This document shows positions 9,454 to 18,258 of a stretch of DNA of 49,094 nt, one piece after another (within the stretch, counting starts at the first letter, position 1; each line of letters opens with the position of its first letter). A program made the translations under genes and the position numbers. This DNA is from Patescibacteria group bacterium. Lineage in GTDB: Bacteria; Patescibacteriota; Minisyncoccia; Moranbacterales; DUUL01. The notes under the pieces are model-generated. The model had not been told where the DNA came from. It saw only the letters and a program-made list of their open reading frames with translations, and ran no database searches. The stretch lies in contig JAYEFY010000008.1 in assembly GCA_034658815.1 (NCBI GenBank), positions 1 through 49,094 of the forward strand, written 5' to 3'.

Positions 9454-9502
9454 CAAAGCGTTGAAATTAAACTCTTTGGCACAGGCGAAATATATATTAA
9501 TA

Positions 9503-9538
9503 ACGACACTTCACAAGCATTGTTTCGTGAAGTGTTGT
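9503..9538 (+). terminator. Hairpin downstream of the pilin-like gene (terminator or mRNA-stabilising stem)
   Basis: ACGACACTTCAC ... GTGAAGTGTTGT 12-bp stem with one G:U pair; weak U-tract. Confidence 0.5.
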
Positions 9539-9614
9539 ATCATATAATATATTTATAGGAGAAAATTATTATACTATTGGATTTCATGACGTTATTCTTG
9601 ACTTCATTTGTTGT

Positions 9615-9706
9615 TTTGTCATCTTGAGCGCAGCGAAAGATCTCTTTACAGTTGATAGTCTATGATTTATAGCGAAGGGATTCTTCACTCCGTTCAGAAT
9701 GACAAA
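9615..9706. repeat. REP doublet (REPIN-like) of the GTCAT...ATGAC type
   Basis: TTTGTCATCTTGAGCGCAGCGAAAGATCTC ... GGGATTCTTCACTCCGTTCAGAATGACAAA imperfect inverted pair. Confidence 0.75.
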
Positions 9707-9772
9707 CTAGGATGGCAACCGGGAAATGAAATACAAACAACGCTCAAAATTCTAACAAATTTACTCTCAAAA

Positions 9773-10801
9773 ATGACCTTTGCGCCATCTAAGGTTGAAA
9801 AAACTGGAATTGGGGCTATGCTATTGCTGTCTCTGTTTTTTTGTTTTTTTGTATGGCAGCAAGCCGATGCCTTGATTGTCTCACCGGCGAGGTTGGAGAT
9901 CGAAGGGGATTCGGGAGAAAAAGTTTCCAGCACGCTTGATCTGGTCAACAACCAGGATGAAACCAAGACCTTCTTTTCATCAGCTGAGAATTTTGAAGCG
10001 CAAGGGGAAACAGGCATTCCGCACTTTGTTGAGTCGGATGAGGAGCTGGCGGCTTGGATCAACGTCAAAAGCCAGATCATTCTTGAACCCGGGGAGCGGA
10101 AAGAAATTCCTTTCACGGTCAGTATTCCGACTGATGCCGGAGTGGGCGGCCATTTTGCAGCTATTTTCTGGAGCACCAAGCCCCCAGATGTTGGAAAAGG
10201 ACAAATTGCCGTGGGAGCAAAGGTTGGTATCTTGGTCTTCCTCAAAGTGCGAGGGGACATCGTAGAACAGGGCGAGATCATTGAGATCAGCTCTCTGGCT
10301 GAAAAAACAGTCTTTGATTCATTACCAATTGATCTGATGTATCGTTTTGAGAACAGCGGCAATGACAGGACTAAGCCGATCGGCGAGCTGGTCATCAAAA
10401 ACACCTTTGGCAAAGAAGTTGAAAAAATTCCAGCCAACAAGAAGCAGGGAAGTGTTCTGCCGGAAAGCGTCAGAAAATTCTTCATCAGTTGGGGCCGGGA
10501 TGAAGCGGAAGATGTTGAGAAAAAATTCAAAGAAGGCACACTGTATCCGCCAGAATCGTTTTTTGCCAAAGCCAAAAGCCAATTGTCACCTTTTGCGATA
10601 GGAAAATATTCTGCTAATTTAAGCTTGAATTATGGACTGCAAGACAACAAAGCTAACGCACAATTTGCTTTTTGGGTAATCCCTTGGCAGTTAATTACTA
10701 TTATCTTGTCAATCCTGCTTGTAGTTTTGTTTGGGGGAAGGCTGACGTTGAGAAGGTATAACAAATTAATCATTGCCCGCGCGCAAAAAGCGCAAAAGTA
10801 A
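9773..10801 (+). CDS. Membrane-anchored PapD/DUF916-like (WxL-interacting-type) protein
   Basis: Signal peptide (ADA-L). 'LIVSPARLEIEGDSGE...LVNNQ', 'WINVKSQIILEPGERKEIPFTVSIP...GGHFAAIFW', 'RFENSGNDRTKPIG...VLPESVRKF', 'GKYSANLSLNYG', C-terminal TM. The ORF-track start at 9662 lies within the REP doublet, so 9773 or a later ATG is more plausible. Confidence 0.8.
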   Translation: MTFAPSKVEKTGIGAMLLLSLFFCFFVWQQADALIVSPARLEIEGDSGEKVSSTLDLVNNQDETKTFFSSAENFEAQGETGIPHFVESDEELAAWINVKSQIILEPGERKEIPFTVSIPTDAGVGGHFAAIFWSTKPPDVGKGQIAVGAKVGILVFLKVRGDIVEQGEIIEISSLAEKTVFDSLPIDLMYRFENSGNDRTKPIGELVIKNTFGKEVEKIPANKKQGSVLPESVRKFFISWGRDEAEDVEKKFKEGTLYPPESFFAKAKSQLSPFAIGKYSANLSLNYGLQDNKANAQFAFWVIPWQLITIILSILLVVLFGGRLTLRRYNKLIIARAQKAQK

Positions 10802-10845
10802 AAAATACAAGAAAAAACACAAGAATAAAAAATTGATCAGGTAAC

Positions 10846-11718
10846 ATGGCTCTCAAAAAATTTATCTTTGTTCGTATCATTGTATTTTTTGGATTTTTCT
10901 TGGCAGTCGCCGTTTCTTTACACGCCCAGGTGATTGTTGAGGACACGGTTTCAATCACGGCCAGAGTCGCACCGGAAAATACAATAATTTTCACAGGAGA
11001 TGCCTGTCCTTCATGCCAGGTTTTTTTGTTATTGAGCGGTTCGATCGAAGATTCCAGCACCAGCCTTGGAAACGGAAGTTTCCAATTGTCAATCGAGGAC
11101 ATTCCCGCCGGCACCTATCAATTTGGGGTGTATGCGGTTGATTTGAACAGTGTTCAATCCGGCACATCCTCTTTTTCAGTCACCATCTCGCAAGGCGTGA
11201 TAGTTTTTGTATCAGACATTCTGGTTTCGCCAACATTGCAAAGCGATTACAGCAATGTTGTGCGGGGAGAAACAATAACTCTTTCGGGTTATACCGTTCC
11301 GAATGGAGATGTTACAATCGATGTTGACAGCGGTGATTTGGTCATTCAAATGAGTGCAGCCTTGGATGGAGAATTTTATTATCAGCTGGATACGTCAAAT
11401 CTTCAGATCGGCACTCATTCCGCTGAAGCTTTTGTTAAAACAGCAACGGACACATCGGGCAACAGCAGGCTGGTGGAATTTGAAGTTACCGAAGAAAGCA
11501 CTGACGAAGAAGATGAAGATGAAGATGAAGAAGAAGACGAAGAAGACACCTGTGACAAAGCCGATTATGACGATAACAATAAGGTCAACATTGTTGATTT
11601 TTCCATTTTGATTCATTGGTATGAAAAAAGTAAAGTTCCCGGCGATATTGACTTGAACGACGACGACGACGTGGATATGACGGACTTCAGCATTTTGATC
11701 TATTGCTGGACAGGATAA
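10846..11718 (+). CDS. Secreted protein with two Ig-like domains, an acidic linker and a C-terminal dockerin (duplicated Ca-binding loop)
   Basis: Signal peptide (LHA-Q). Linker EESTDEEDEDEDEEEDEED. 'ADYDDNNKVNIVDFSILIHWY...DLNDDDDVDMTDFSILIYCWTG'. Confidence 0.85.
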   Translation: MALKKFIFVRIIVFFGFFLAVAVSLHAQVIVEDTVSITARVAPENTIIFTGDACPSCQVFLLLSGSIEDSSTSLGNGSFQLSIEDIPAGTYQFGVYAVDLNSVQSGTSSFSVTISQGVIVFVSDILVSPTLQSDYSNVVRGETITLSGYTVPNGDVTIDVDSGDLVIQMSAALDGEFYYQLDTSNLQIGTHSAEAFVKTATDTSGNSRLVEFEVTEESTDEEDEDEDEEEDEEDTCDKADYDDNNKVNIVDFSILIHWYEKSKVPGDIDLNDDDDVDMTDFSILIYCWTG

Positions 11719-11721
11719 TAT

Positions 11722-11797
11722 TAGTGGATAGTGAGTAGTTGGTAGTGAGTAGGAATAGAAGAATTGATCTAATTGACCTAATTAACCTAATTTCTAA
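11722..11797. repeat. Short degenerate tandem repeats: heptamer TAGTG(G/A)(A/G) x4, then 9-mer AATT(G/A)A(T/C)CT x3
   Basis: tagtgga-tagtgag-tagttgg-tagtgag and aattgatct-aattgacct-aattaacct. Confidence 0.6.
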
Positions 11798-11803
11798 CAT
11801 CCA

Positions 11804-12763
11804 ATGATGTTCTCCAAGAGATTATTCCTCAATTTAACACTGATTTCTATATTTAGCCTCTTGGCTTTTCATGGAGCCGAAGCGGCAAAACTTTTTTTGG
11901 AGCAGGCGGGACCGCAAGAAGAAAACCTTGGCCTTGGCGAGAACATTCATCTTGAGTTGTTTTTTGATTCAAGAGAACAAAATATAAATACGATCCAAGG
12001 GAAGATCTTTTTTTCTTCAGAAACTGTTTCTCTTGAGCGGATTTCTCAAGAAAATTCAATCTTAAGCTACTGGGTGGAACCGCCGCAAATAAAAAACGCG
12101 GGTGAGATTGTTTTTTCCGGCCTTGCTCCCGGAGGATTTAATGGACCAAAAGGTTTAGTTTTGTCTATTGACTTTTTGGCGCAAAAGGAAGGCCTAGCGC
12201 GTATTGGCGTTGGGGAAGCGCGGGTTTTGCTCAATGACGGGAAAGGAACAGAATTGGAAACGATCAGTTCCGAGATCAAGCTGCTTGTTGGTCCGAGGAA
12301 AATAGGACAAATCAGTGACGCGCGAAAACCAGCGGCCGCTATTCCGGATGACAGCACTGCTCCCGAAACTTTCATTCCCGCAATTTCTCAACACGAAGAA
12401 CTGTTTGATGGCAAATGGTTTGTTTCTTTCTATGCGCGGGACATCCACTACGGCATTAGCCATTATGAGATCTTTGAATCAAGAAAGCTCATTGATTTTG
12501 AGCAGGCAAGCGAAGAAAGTGCCAGCTGGATTGGAGCAGGAAGTCCGTATCTTTTGCAAGACCAAAGTTTGCAAAGCTATGTGTATGTTAAAGCTGTGGA
12601 CAAAGCGGGAAATAAGAGAATTGCGATGGTATTGCCGCGGGAAACAAATAGTTTTTCACACCATTACTATTATATGGCAATTTTTGCTATAATAATTACA
12701 GCGTTACTGGTAGTATTTGTTTTTGTTTACAAGAACCGTTCAAAAGTAAGCAAGCCAGAATGA
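11804..12763 (+). CDS. Cohesin-domain protein with an Ig/FN3-like domain and a C-terminal TM anchor
   Basis: Signal peptide (AEA-A). 'INTIQGKIFF...NSILSYWVEPP...IVFSGLAPGGF...VLLNDGKGT', 'GISHYE...YVYVKAVDKAGN', TM 'MAIFAIIITALLVVFVFVY'. Confidence 0.75.
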   Translation: MMFSKRLFLNLTLISIFSLLAFHGAEAAKLFLEQAGPQEENLGLGENIHLELFFDSREQNINTIQGKIFFSSETVSLERISQENSILSYWVEPPQIKNAGEIVFSGLAPGGFNGPKGLVLSIDFLAQKEGLARIGVGEARVLLNDGKGTELETISSEIKLLVGPRKIGQISDARKPAAAIPDDSTAPETFIPAISQHEELFDGKWFVSFYARDIHYGISHYEIFESRKLIDFEQASEESASWIGAGSPYLLQDQSLQSYVYVKAVDKAGNKRIAMVLPRETNSFSHHYYYMAIFAIIITALLVVFVFVYKNRSKVSKPE

Positions 12764-14817
12764 ACATCGTAAATAAATTATATCGCGCCGGCGTTATTTT
12801 TATCAGCCTTGCCATAGTTTGGCTGGCTGGCGCGAATGCTGTTCAAGCCGCTTCACTTTCTATGTCACCCGCCAGCGGCACTTTTTCGGTGGACAACACC
12901 TTTAACGTTTCTTTGTTTCTGGATACCCAAGGGAAAGAGATTAACGCTCTGAAAATTTTTATCAAGTTTCCGGCAAATAAGCTTCAGCTGGTCTCTCCAA
13001 TGACCGGAAATTCAATCGTTACTTTATGGACCACCCAGCCCCAATTCAATAATCAGGCCGGGACCATTGAACTGCAGGGAGGCATTCCCAACGGGATTAA
13101 CACTTCCAGCGGCCTGATCACTACTTTAACTTTTCGAGTCAATGCGGTAGGCGGCGCGGCAGTGAAGTTTTTGGATAATTCCAAGATACTTCTTAATGAC
13201 GGCGAAGGAACTAATGTGTTGGCGCAGACTAGCAATGGAGTATTTGATCTTTCTTTGCCTCCGCCAAACGGCCCGATAGCTGTATCTGAAACGCATCCCG
13301 ACCAATCGCGCTGGTACTCCCAACCAAGCGTTATTTTAGCCTGGACAGCAGATGAACAAGAAGTAGAAGGATATAGCTATGTGCTTAATAATGATCCGGT
13401 GGATATTCCCGACAATGTTTCAGAGGGAATGAAAGAAAAAGTAATTTATAAAAATCTGGCGAACAGCAAGCATTATTTTCACATTAAATCCTTGAGAGAC
13501 GAAGCATGGGGCGGAGTTTCCCATTTCGTGGTCAATATTGACGCGACTCCGCCGGCGGAATTTCCGATAGACATTCTTCCTTCCAAGAAAACTTCCGAGA
13601 AACAGCCGGTTATTAAGTTTACTACCACCGATAATTTGTCAGGTATTGAACATTATGAATTAAAGTTTGTTCCGCTTCAGCGCGAAGCAGCTGCGTTAGC
13701 GGGAAACAGCAACCAGCCGTTTTTCATTGAGGCTTTAAGCCCTTTTGTTGCTCCGGAACTGGAGTTGGGAGAATACGATGTTATTGTCCGCGTTTATGAT
13801 AAGGCTGGTAATTTTCGCGATGCGGTAGAACGCTTAAAAATAGTTAGGCCGCTGCTGCAAATATCCGCATCAGAGGGGCTGATAATTAAAGAGTCTATTA
13901 CTATATCATGGATATGGCTGTCTATAATAGGAGTAATACTGGCTATCGTTTTAATTTATATATCCTGGCGTTTAAGAAAAAAGCATTACCAGCTTGATAA
14001 ACTGAGTAAACATAAATCCGCAAAGAAACTGCCAGTCCGCGTTAAAGAGCAACTGGAAGAGTTGAAAAAATTCCGCCAGAAATACGGGAAAACAATTCTT
14101 TTGCTTTTGTTTTTAAGCGCCGCGCTGTTTTTTGGGCATCCGTCTTTGGCTCAGCAAACCGAACTGGATCCTCCGCTTATCACAACTATCTCTAAAAATA
14201 TTTCCAACGAAGACATATTTTACATCGCGGGCAAGGCAGAGGCTGCTGATATAAAAGTGGTCATTTATCTTCAAAATTTACGAAGCGGGGAAACATCCAG
14301 CTATAGCGTAAATTCAGATAAGCGCGGGGATTGGTTTTACCGCCATGACGCCTTTTTATCAAGCGGGGAATATCTCTTATGGGTTCAGGGTAAAATCGGG
14401 GAACAGATGAGCCCTCCCAGCCCCCAAGCTAAAATAGCAGTCCGCTCAACAGCTATCCAATTCGGAGGATCAAGAATTAGCCGAGAAACGCTTTACGCGG
14501 GAATTATGGCGCTGGCGCTGGCGGCAGTTCTCGGACTAATCGCTTATATTATTTACCATAGCTATCATATCCGTAAAAAAAGCCAGCAACTTATTAAGGA
14601 AGTAGCAGAAGTGGAAGAAGCTGTTCGCCGCGGATTTGCGGTACTGCGCCGCGATGTTGAAGCGGAGCTGGCCGTTATTAAGAAAGCCAAGTTTAGCCGG
14701 TCTCTTTCCAGGCAGGAAAAAATATTAGAAAAAAGTTTACTTAAGGATATGGAAAGAGTGGAGCGCCGCATCGGCAAAGAAATTTTAGATGTTGAAAAAC
14801 TGGAGCACTTTAAATGA
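12760..14817 (+). CDS. Cohesin-domain, multi-Ig membrane protein with an internal second signal-peptide-like segment
   Basis: ATGA overlap with the upstream gene. Cohesin-like 'SLSMSPASGTFSVDNTFNVSLFLDT...INAL...LTFRV...ILLNDGEGTNVL'. 'SETHPDQSRWY', 'SGIEHYE...VRVYDKAGN'. Three internal hydrophobic segments and a coiled-coil tail. Confidence 0.8.
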   Translation: MNIVNKLYRAGVIFISLAIVWLAGANAVQAASLSMSPASGTFSVDNTFNVSLFLDTQGKEINALKIFIKFPANKLQLVSPMTGNSIVTLWTTQPQFNNQAGTIELQGGIPNGINTSSGLITTLTFRVNAVGGAAVKFLDNSKILLNDGEGTNVLAQTSNGVFDLSLPPPNGPIAVSETHPDQSRWYSQPSVILAWTADEQEVEGYSYVLNNDPVDIPDNVSEGMKEKVIYKNLANSKHYFHIKSLRDEAWGGVSHFVVNIDATPPAEFPIDILPSKKTSEKQPVIKFTTTDNLSGIEHYELKFVPLQREAAALAGNSNQPFFIEALSPFVAPELELGEYDVIVRVYDKAGNFRDAVERLKIVRPLLQISASEGLIIKESITISWIWLSIIGVILAIVLIYISWRLRKKHYQLDKLSKHKSAKKLPVRVKEQLEELKKFRQKYGKTILLLLFLSAALFFGHPSLAQQTELDPPLITTISKNISNEDIFYIAGKAEAADIKVVIYLQNLRSGETSSYSVNSDKRGDWFYRHDAFLSSGEYLLWVQGKIGEQMSPPSPQAKIAVRSTAIQFGGSRISRETLYAGIMALALAAVLGLIAYIIYHSYHIRKKSQQLIKEVAEVEEAVRRGFAVLRRDVEAELAVIKKAKFSRSLSRQEKILEKSLLKDMERVERRIGKEILDVEKLEHFK

Positions 14818-14821
14818 AGCT

Positions 14822-14889
14822 CCCCGCGGCAAGCCGCGGGGTATCGGAGCAGAATTCTTACACTGGTCCGAGTTACAAACTCGGACCAG
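14822..14889. repeat. Two adjacent palindromes: CCCCGCGGC-AA-GCCGCGGGG and CTGGTCCGAGTT-ACA-AACTCGGACCAG
   Basis: Both are perfect inverted repeats. The second recurs at 18262-18283 (22 bp identical). Confidence 0.75.
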
Positions 14890-14961
14890 CACGCCTTTAC
14901 TCTATGTAATTTTTTATGGTACAATGCCAGCATAATTTAAAAAATAAAAACAAAAAAGTAT

Positions 14962-16950
14962 ATGGGAACAAAACAAAAGCTTAAGAAAATAATGAAAATT
15001 AACGCCGTGTTAATCTGTGCGGGTTTAATTATGGGGCTAACTTTCTTTGCTTTTACTGTTACTGCAAAGACAAATTACAAAACTTTAGCTTTTGATAAAA
15101 AAATAGAAACGAAACAGGATTTTGCCAAGGGAAAATTTAAGGACATTAAACTTGAAGAAAAAGCCGGAGGAGTTGAAGCAAGTTTATTAAGTGATGAAAG
15201 CGGAGAGTATATATCGCCGGTAATCCAGGCTCCTTTTAAAGCAACTCATATTGGCCTCCATTGGAAAGAGCAATTGGCTGATGGCGCGTTAATTGCGGCT
15301 TATATACGAACAAGTGGTGATGGTGAAAATTTTAGTGAATGGATTAAGACAACAGCGGACAGAGACGGGGGCAAAGACGGTATAAAAGAGGATGAAACAT
15401 TTGCCGCTCTTGTTGGAATAGCGAAAGCGGATTTTGCCCAGGCCAAAATAAAATTTATTCCAGGAAAAGAAATTTCTCCAAAATTAAAGGCGCTGACTTT
15501 CACTTTTATTAACTCGGCAGAGGAATCCAAACAAACCACCAAAAAGTTGAGTTTTATTCCCCGCAGTGTAGCCGAGAGCGTAGGCATATCAAAAACTTCT
15601 CCTAATGGACAAGCTATTTCTGTAATCCCTCGCGAAGAGTGGGGCGCTGATGAAAAATACCGGGAAAATGCAAATGGAAACGAAGATTGGCCTCGCTCTT
15701 ACCACGGCACTCGAAAAATAATTATTCATCACACTGCCGGTTCAGCCTCAAATGGTGAGACGAGCTTGGAAACTAATAAAGCTACTGTTCGGGCTATTTA
15801 TTATTATCACGCAGTCACTCGCAATTGGGGCGATATTGGATACAACGCCTTGGTGGATGCCTCTGGAAATATTTATGAAGGCAGATACGGGACGCATGAT
15901 GTTATGACTCGCAGTAATCCCGCCGCGGATCAAATAATGGTTTTGGATATGGAAGGCGCCCATGCCGCCAGCTATAATAGCGGAAGTTTTGGCGTTTCAG
16001 CCATGGGAGATTTCACTGATTTTGAAATTCCGACAGACCAGTGGGATGGATTGAAAAAAGTATTGGCGTTTGTGGCGGACAGCAGGGGAATTGATGTCCA
16101 AGGCAATAGCGATTTTCTTCGTTATGACGGAATTTGGTACGAAGACTTAAACAATGTCATTGCTCATCGGGATGTGGGCGCTACCGCTTGCCCCGGAGAT
16201 AAGTTGTATGCCAAAATGACAGCGATTAAAAGCGAAGTTGATAACCTTCCCGGGATGCTTTCAAACCTTCACGGTTTTTCTGCCACGCTTAATTCAACTC
16301 CAATTAGCGGAACGAGTGTCGGACTCGGCGCAATAAATTTCAGTTGGGAAGAATTTTCCGACGCCGCGCAATATCAATATGCCATGGAAAAAGTGTTTGG
16401 TACAATATATGATCCGCAGCCATGGGAAACGGCTTGGATGAACGAGACAAACACAAGAATCATCTCAAGCTCCGCTATTTCAATCGAAACCGGTAATTTG
16501 GATCCGCTTTCTCAATATGTTTTTTATGTTAGAGCGCTTGATGCTAATGAAAAACCGATCTCAACCATTTCTCATGTTAATTTCAAAACAGAGGATACTG
16601 TTGCGCCCGAGATTTGGATAACAACTCCCGCCGAAGGATACGAAGCGGCAGAAAGAGAGAGGCTAGCTGTTTCAGTGGAGGCTTCCGACAATGTAGCAGT
16701 TGCCAAAATAGAGATTTTCTTTGATGGAAAATTAAAGACGGCTTGCGACAATGCCACAAGTTGCAGTACAATAATCCAAATGCGAAAAGAAAGCGCAGGA
16801 TGGCACGGTATTGAAGCAAAAGCCTTTGACGCAGCAGGCAATTCTGAAAGCGCGACAGTAAATTTTACTAAGGCAGGTTCAACCCCGGATGATCCCGAAG
16901 AACCAAAGCCTGAAAAATGCACTCCGTGGCCGTCTTGCAAAAAGAACTAA
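14962..16950 (+). CDS. Secreted N-acetylmuramoyl-L-alanine amidase (Amidase_2/PGRP-like) with FN3/Ig-like C-terminal domains
   Basis: 'VIPREEWGADE', 'KIIIHHTAG', 'VRAIYYYHA...WGDIGYNALVD...IYEGR', 'GAHAASYN', 'IAHRDVGATACPG', so the Zn ligands are intact. Big-like 'DTVAPEIWITTP...KAFDAAGN'. Confidence 0.9.
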   Translation: MGTKQKLKKIMKINAVLICAGLIMGLTFFAFTVTAKTNYKTLAFDKKIETKQDFAKGKFKDIKLEEKAGGVEASLLSDESGEYISPVIQAPFKATHIGLHWKEQLADGALIAAYIRTSGDGENFSEWIKTTADRDGGKDGIKEDETFAALVGIAKADFAQAKIKFIPGKEISPKLKALTFTFINSAEESKQTTKKLSFIPRSVAESVGISKTSPNGQAISVIPREEWGADEKYRENANGNEDWPRSYHGTRKIIIHHTAGSASNGETSLETNKATVRAIYYYHAVTRNWGDIGYNALVDASGNIYEGRYGTHDVMTRSNPAADQIMVLDMEGAHAASYNSGSFGVSAMGDFTDFEIPTDQWDGLKKVLAFVADSRGIDVQGNSDFLRYDGIWYEDLNNVIAHRDVGATACPGDKLYAKMTAIKSEVDNLPGMLSNLHGFSATLNSTPISGTSVGLGAINFSWEEFSDAAQYQYAMEKVFGTIYDPQPWETAWMNETNTRIISSSAISIETGNLDPLSQYVFYVRALDANEKPISTISHVNFKTEDTVAPEIWITTPAEGYEAAERERLAVSVEASDNVAVAKIEIFFDGKLKTACDNATSCSTIIQMRKESAGWHGIEAKAFDAAGNSESATVNFTKAGSTPDDPEEPKPEKCTPWPSCKKN

Positions 16951-16979
16951 AGGTTAAGCAAAAATTAACTTAAAAATTT

Positions 16980-18212
16980 ATGAAAAATGCAAAAATAATT
17001 TTAAGTGTATTGATCGCGGGTATCTTAATGGTTTCAGGAGTGGCACTGGCTAGAACAAACAACCAAGAAAGCCAAAGAATTTATGTTTTAACGGATAATC
17101 CGGGCATTAAAGCGGCATTGGGGGTAAATCATGAATTTCCGAAAGGTTTTTCTACGAAAGTTTCCGCGCGGTCAAAAGCGTTAGTTGCTTTGGGACTGAT
17201 TAAAACTGAACCGGTGCAGATTTATGAAATTACGGGAAAACCGGTTTGCGGCAACGGCATAATAGAAGGCGGGGAGAAATGCGGGGAACCAGAATTGTTG
17301 GAGTGCCCGACAGGTTATGTGTGCGAGAACTGCAAGTGCGTTGGAGAAACAGTGCCACCGGAAAGAACTTGTTATCCGAGTGGTTGGAAACCGTGGGGCA
17401 TAGCAAAAGTAAACGGCGGCTCCGATGGAATAGGTATTAATGTTGCAGTTTTGGATACCGGAGTTTATAAGGACCATTTGGATTTAGATGTAAGATTATG
17501 CAAAGATGCTACAAAAAGGGGAATCAAGAATGGCTGCCGAGATGGCAATGGCCACGGTACTCATATTGCTGGAACAATAGCAGCCAACAGTGGCAATGAC
17601 GGCCAAGGAATTTACGGAGTAGCGCCAGAAGCAGGGTTGATGGCAATAAAGGTGTGCGGAAGTTCGGGATTCTGCTGGTGCGATGATATTGCGGCCGGGA
17701 TTAGATACGCGGCGGACAACAACGCTAACATAATCTCAATGAGTTTGGGCGGAGACACCCAAAGTTCTTTAATTAAAGGCGCGATTGATTATGCAGTAGA
17801 TGAGGGTGTTTTGATAGTCGCGGCGGCAGGAAATGATGGTTCCGCGGACGGAAGCATTGATTACCCGGGAGCTTATGTGAAGGTGATAGCAGTTGGATCA
17901 ATTGATTCAGAGGAGAAGGTATCGAATAGCTCATCCAGGGGAGTAAATGACGGAGATTACATAATAGAAGAAAAAGAAGTGGAATTTGGAGCACCTGGAG
18001 TTGATGTAGAATCAACATGGAAAGACGGCTGTTATAATACAATTTCCGGAACATCCATGGCAACGCCGCATGTGGCAGGGTTAGCGGCTAAGTTATGGGA
18101 TACAGATGCAGCAACAACAAGAGCAAATCTACAAAAGCTAGCAAAAAACCATGACTTGCACGCACCGGGAGATGACACTGCAACTGGATTCGGGCTTCCG
18201 ATAGCTCATTGA
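16980..18212 (+). CDS. Secreted S8 subtilisin-like serine protease with a Cys-rich insert between the propeptide and the catalytic domain
   Basis: Triad motifs VAVLDTG, HGTHIAGTI and GTSMATPHVAG; oxyanion AAAGN; insert CGNGIIEGGEKCGEPELLECPTGYVCENCKC. Confidence 0.93.
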   Translation: MKNAKIILSVLIAGILMVSGVALARTNNQESQRIYVLTDNPGIKAALGVNHEFPKGFSTKVSARSKALVALGLIKTEPVQIYEITGKPVCGNGIIEGGEKCGEPELLECPTGYVCENCKCVGETVPPERTCYPSGWKPWGIAKVNGGSDGIGINVAVLDTGVYKDHLDLDVRLCKDATKRGIKNGCRDGNGHGTHIAGTIAANSGNDGQGIYGVAPEAGLMAIKVCGSSGFCWCDDIAAGIRYAADNNANIISMSLGGDTQSSLIKGAIDYAVDEGVLIVAAAGNDGSADGSIDYPGAYVKVIAVGSIDSEEKVSNSSSRGVNDGDYIIEEKEVEFGAPGVDVESTWKDGCYNTISGTSMATPHVAGLAAKLWDTDAATTRANLQKLAKNHDLHAPGDDTATGFGLPIAH

Positions 18213-18258
18213 TTGGAAGTGAAACGCTTTGCAAAATTCCATCGATAAATATTACCTT

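Noticed and set aside
10846-14817. Cellulosome
   Set aside because: The cohesins are single and membrane-anchored, and no glycoside hydrolase carries a dockerin in this window.
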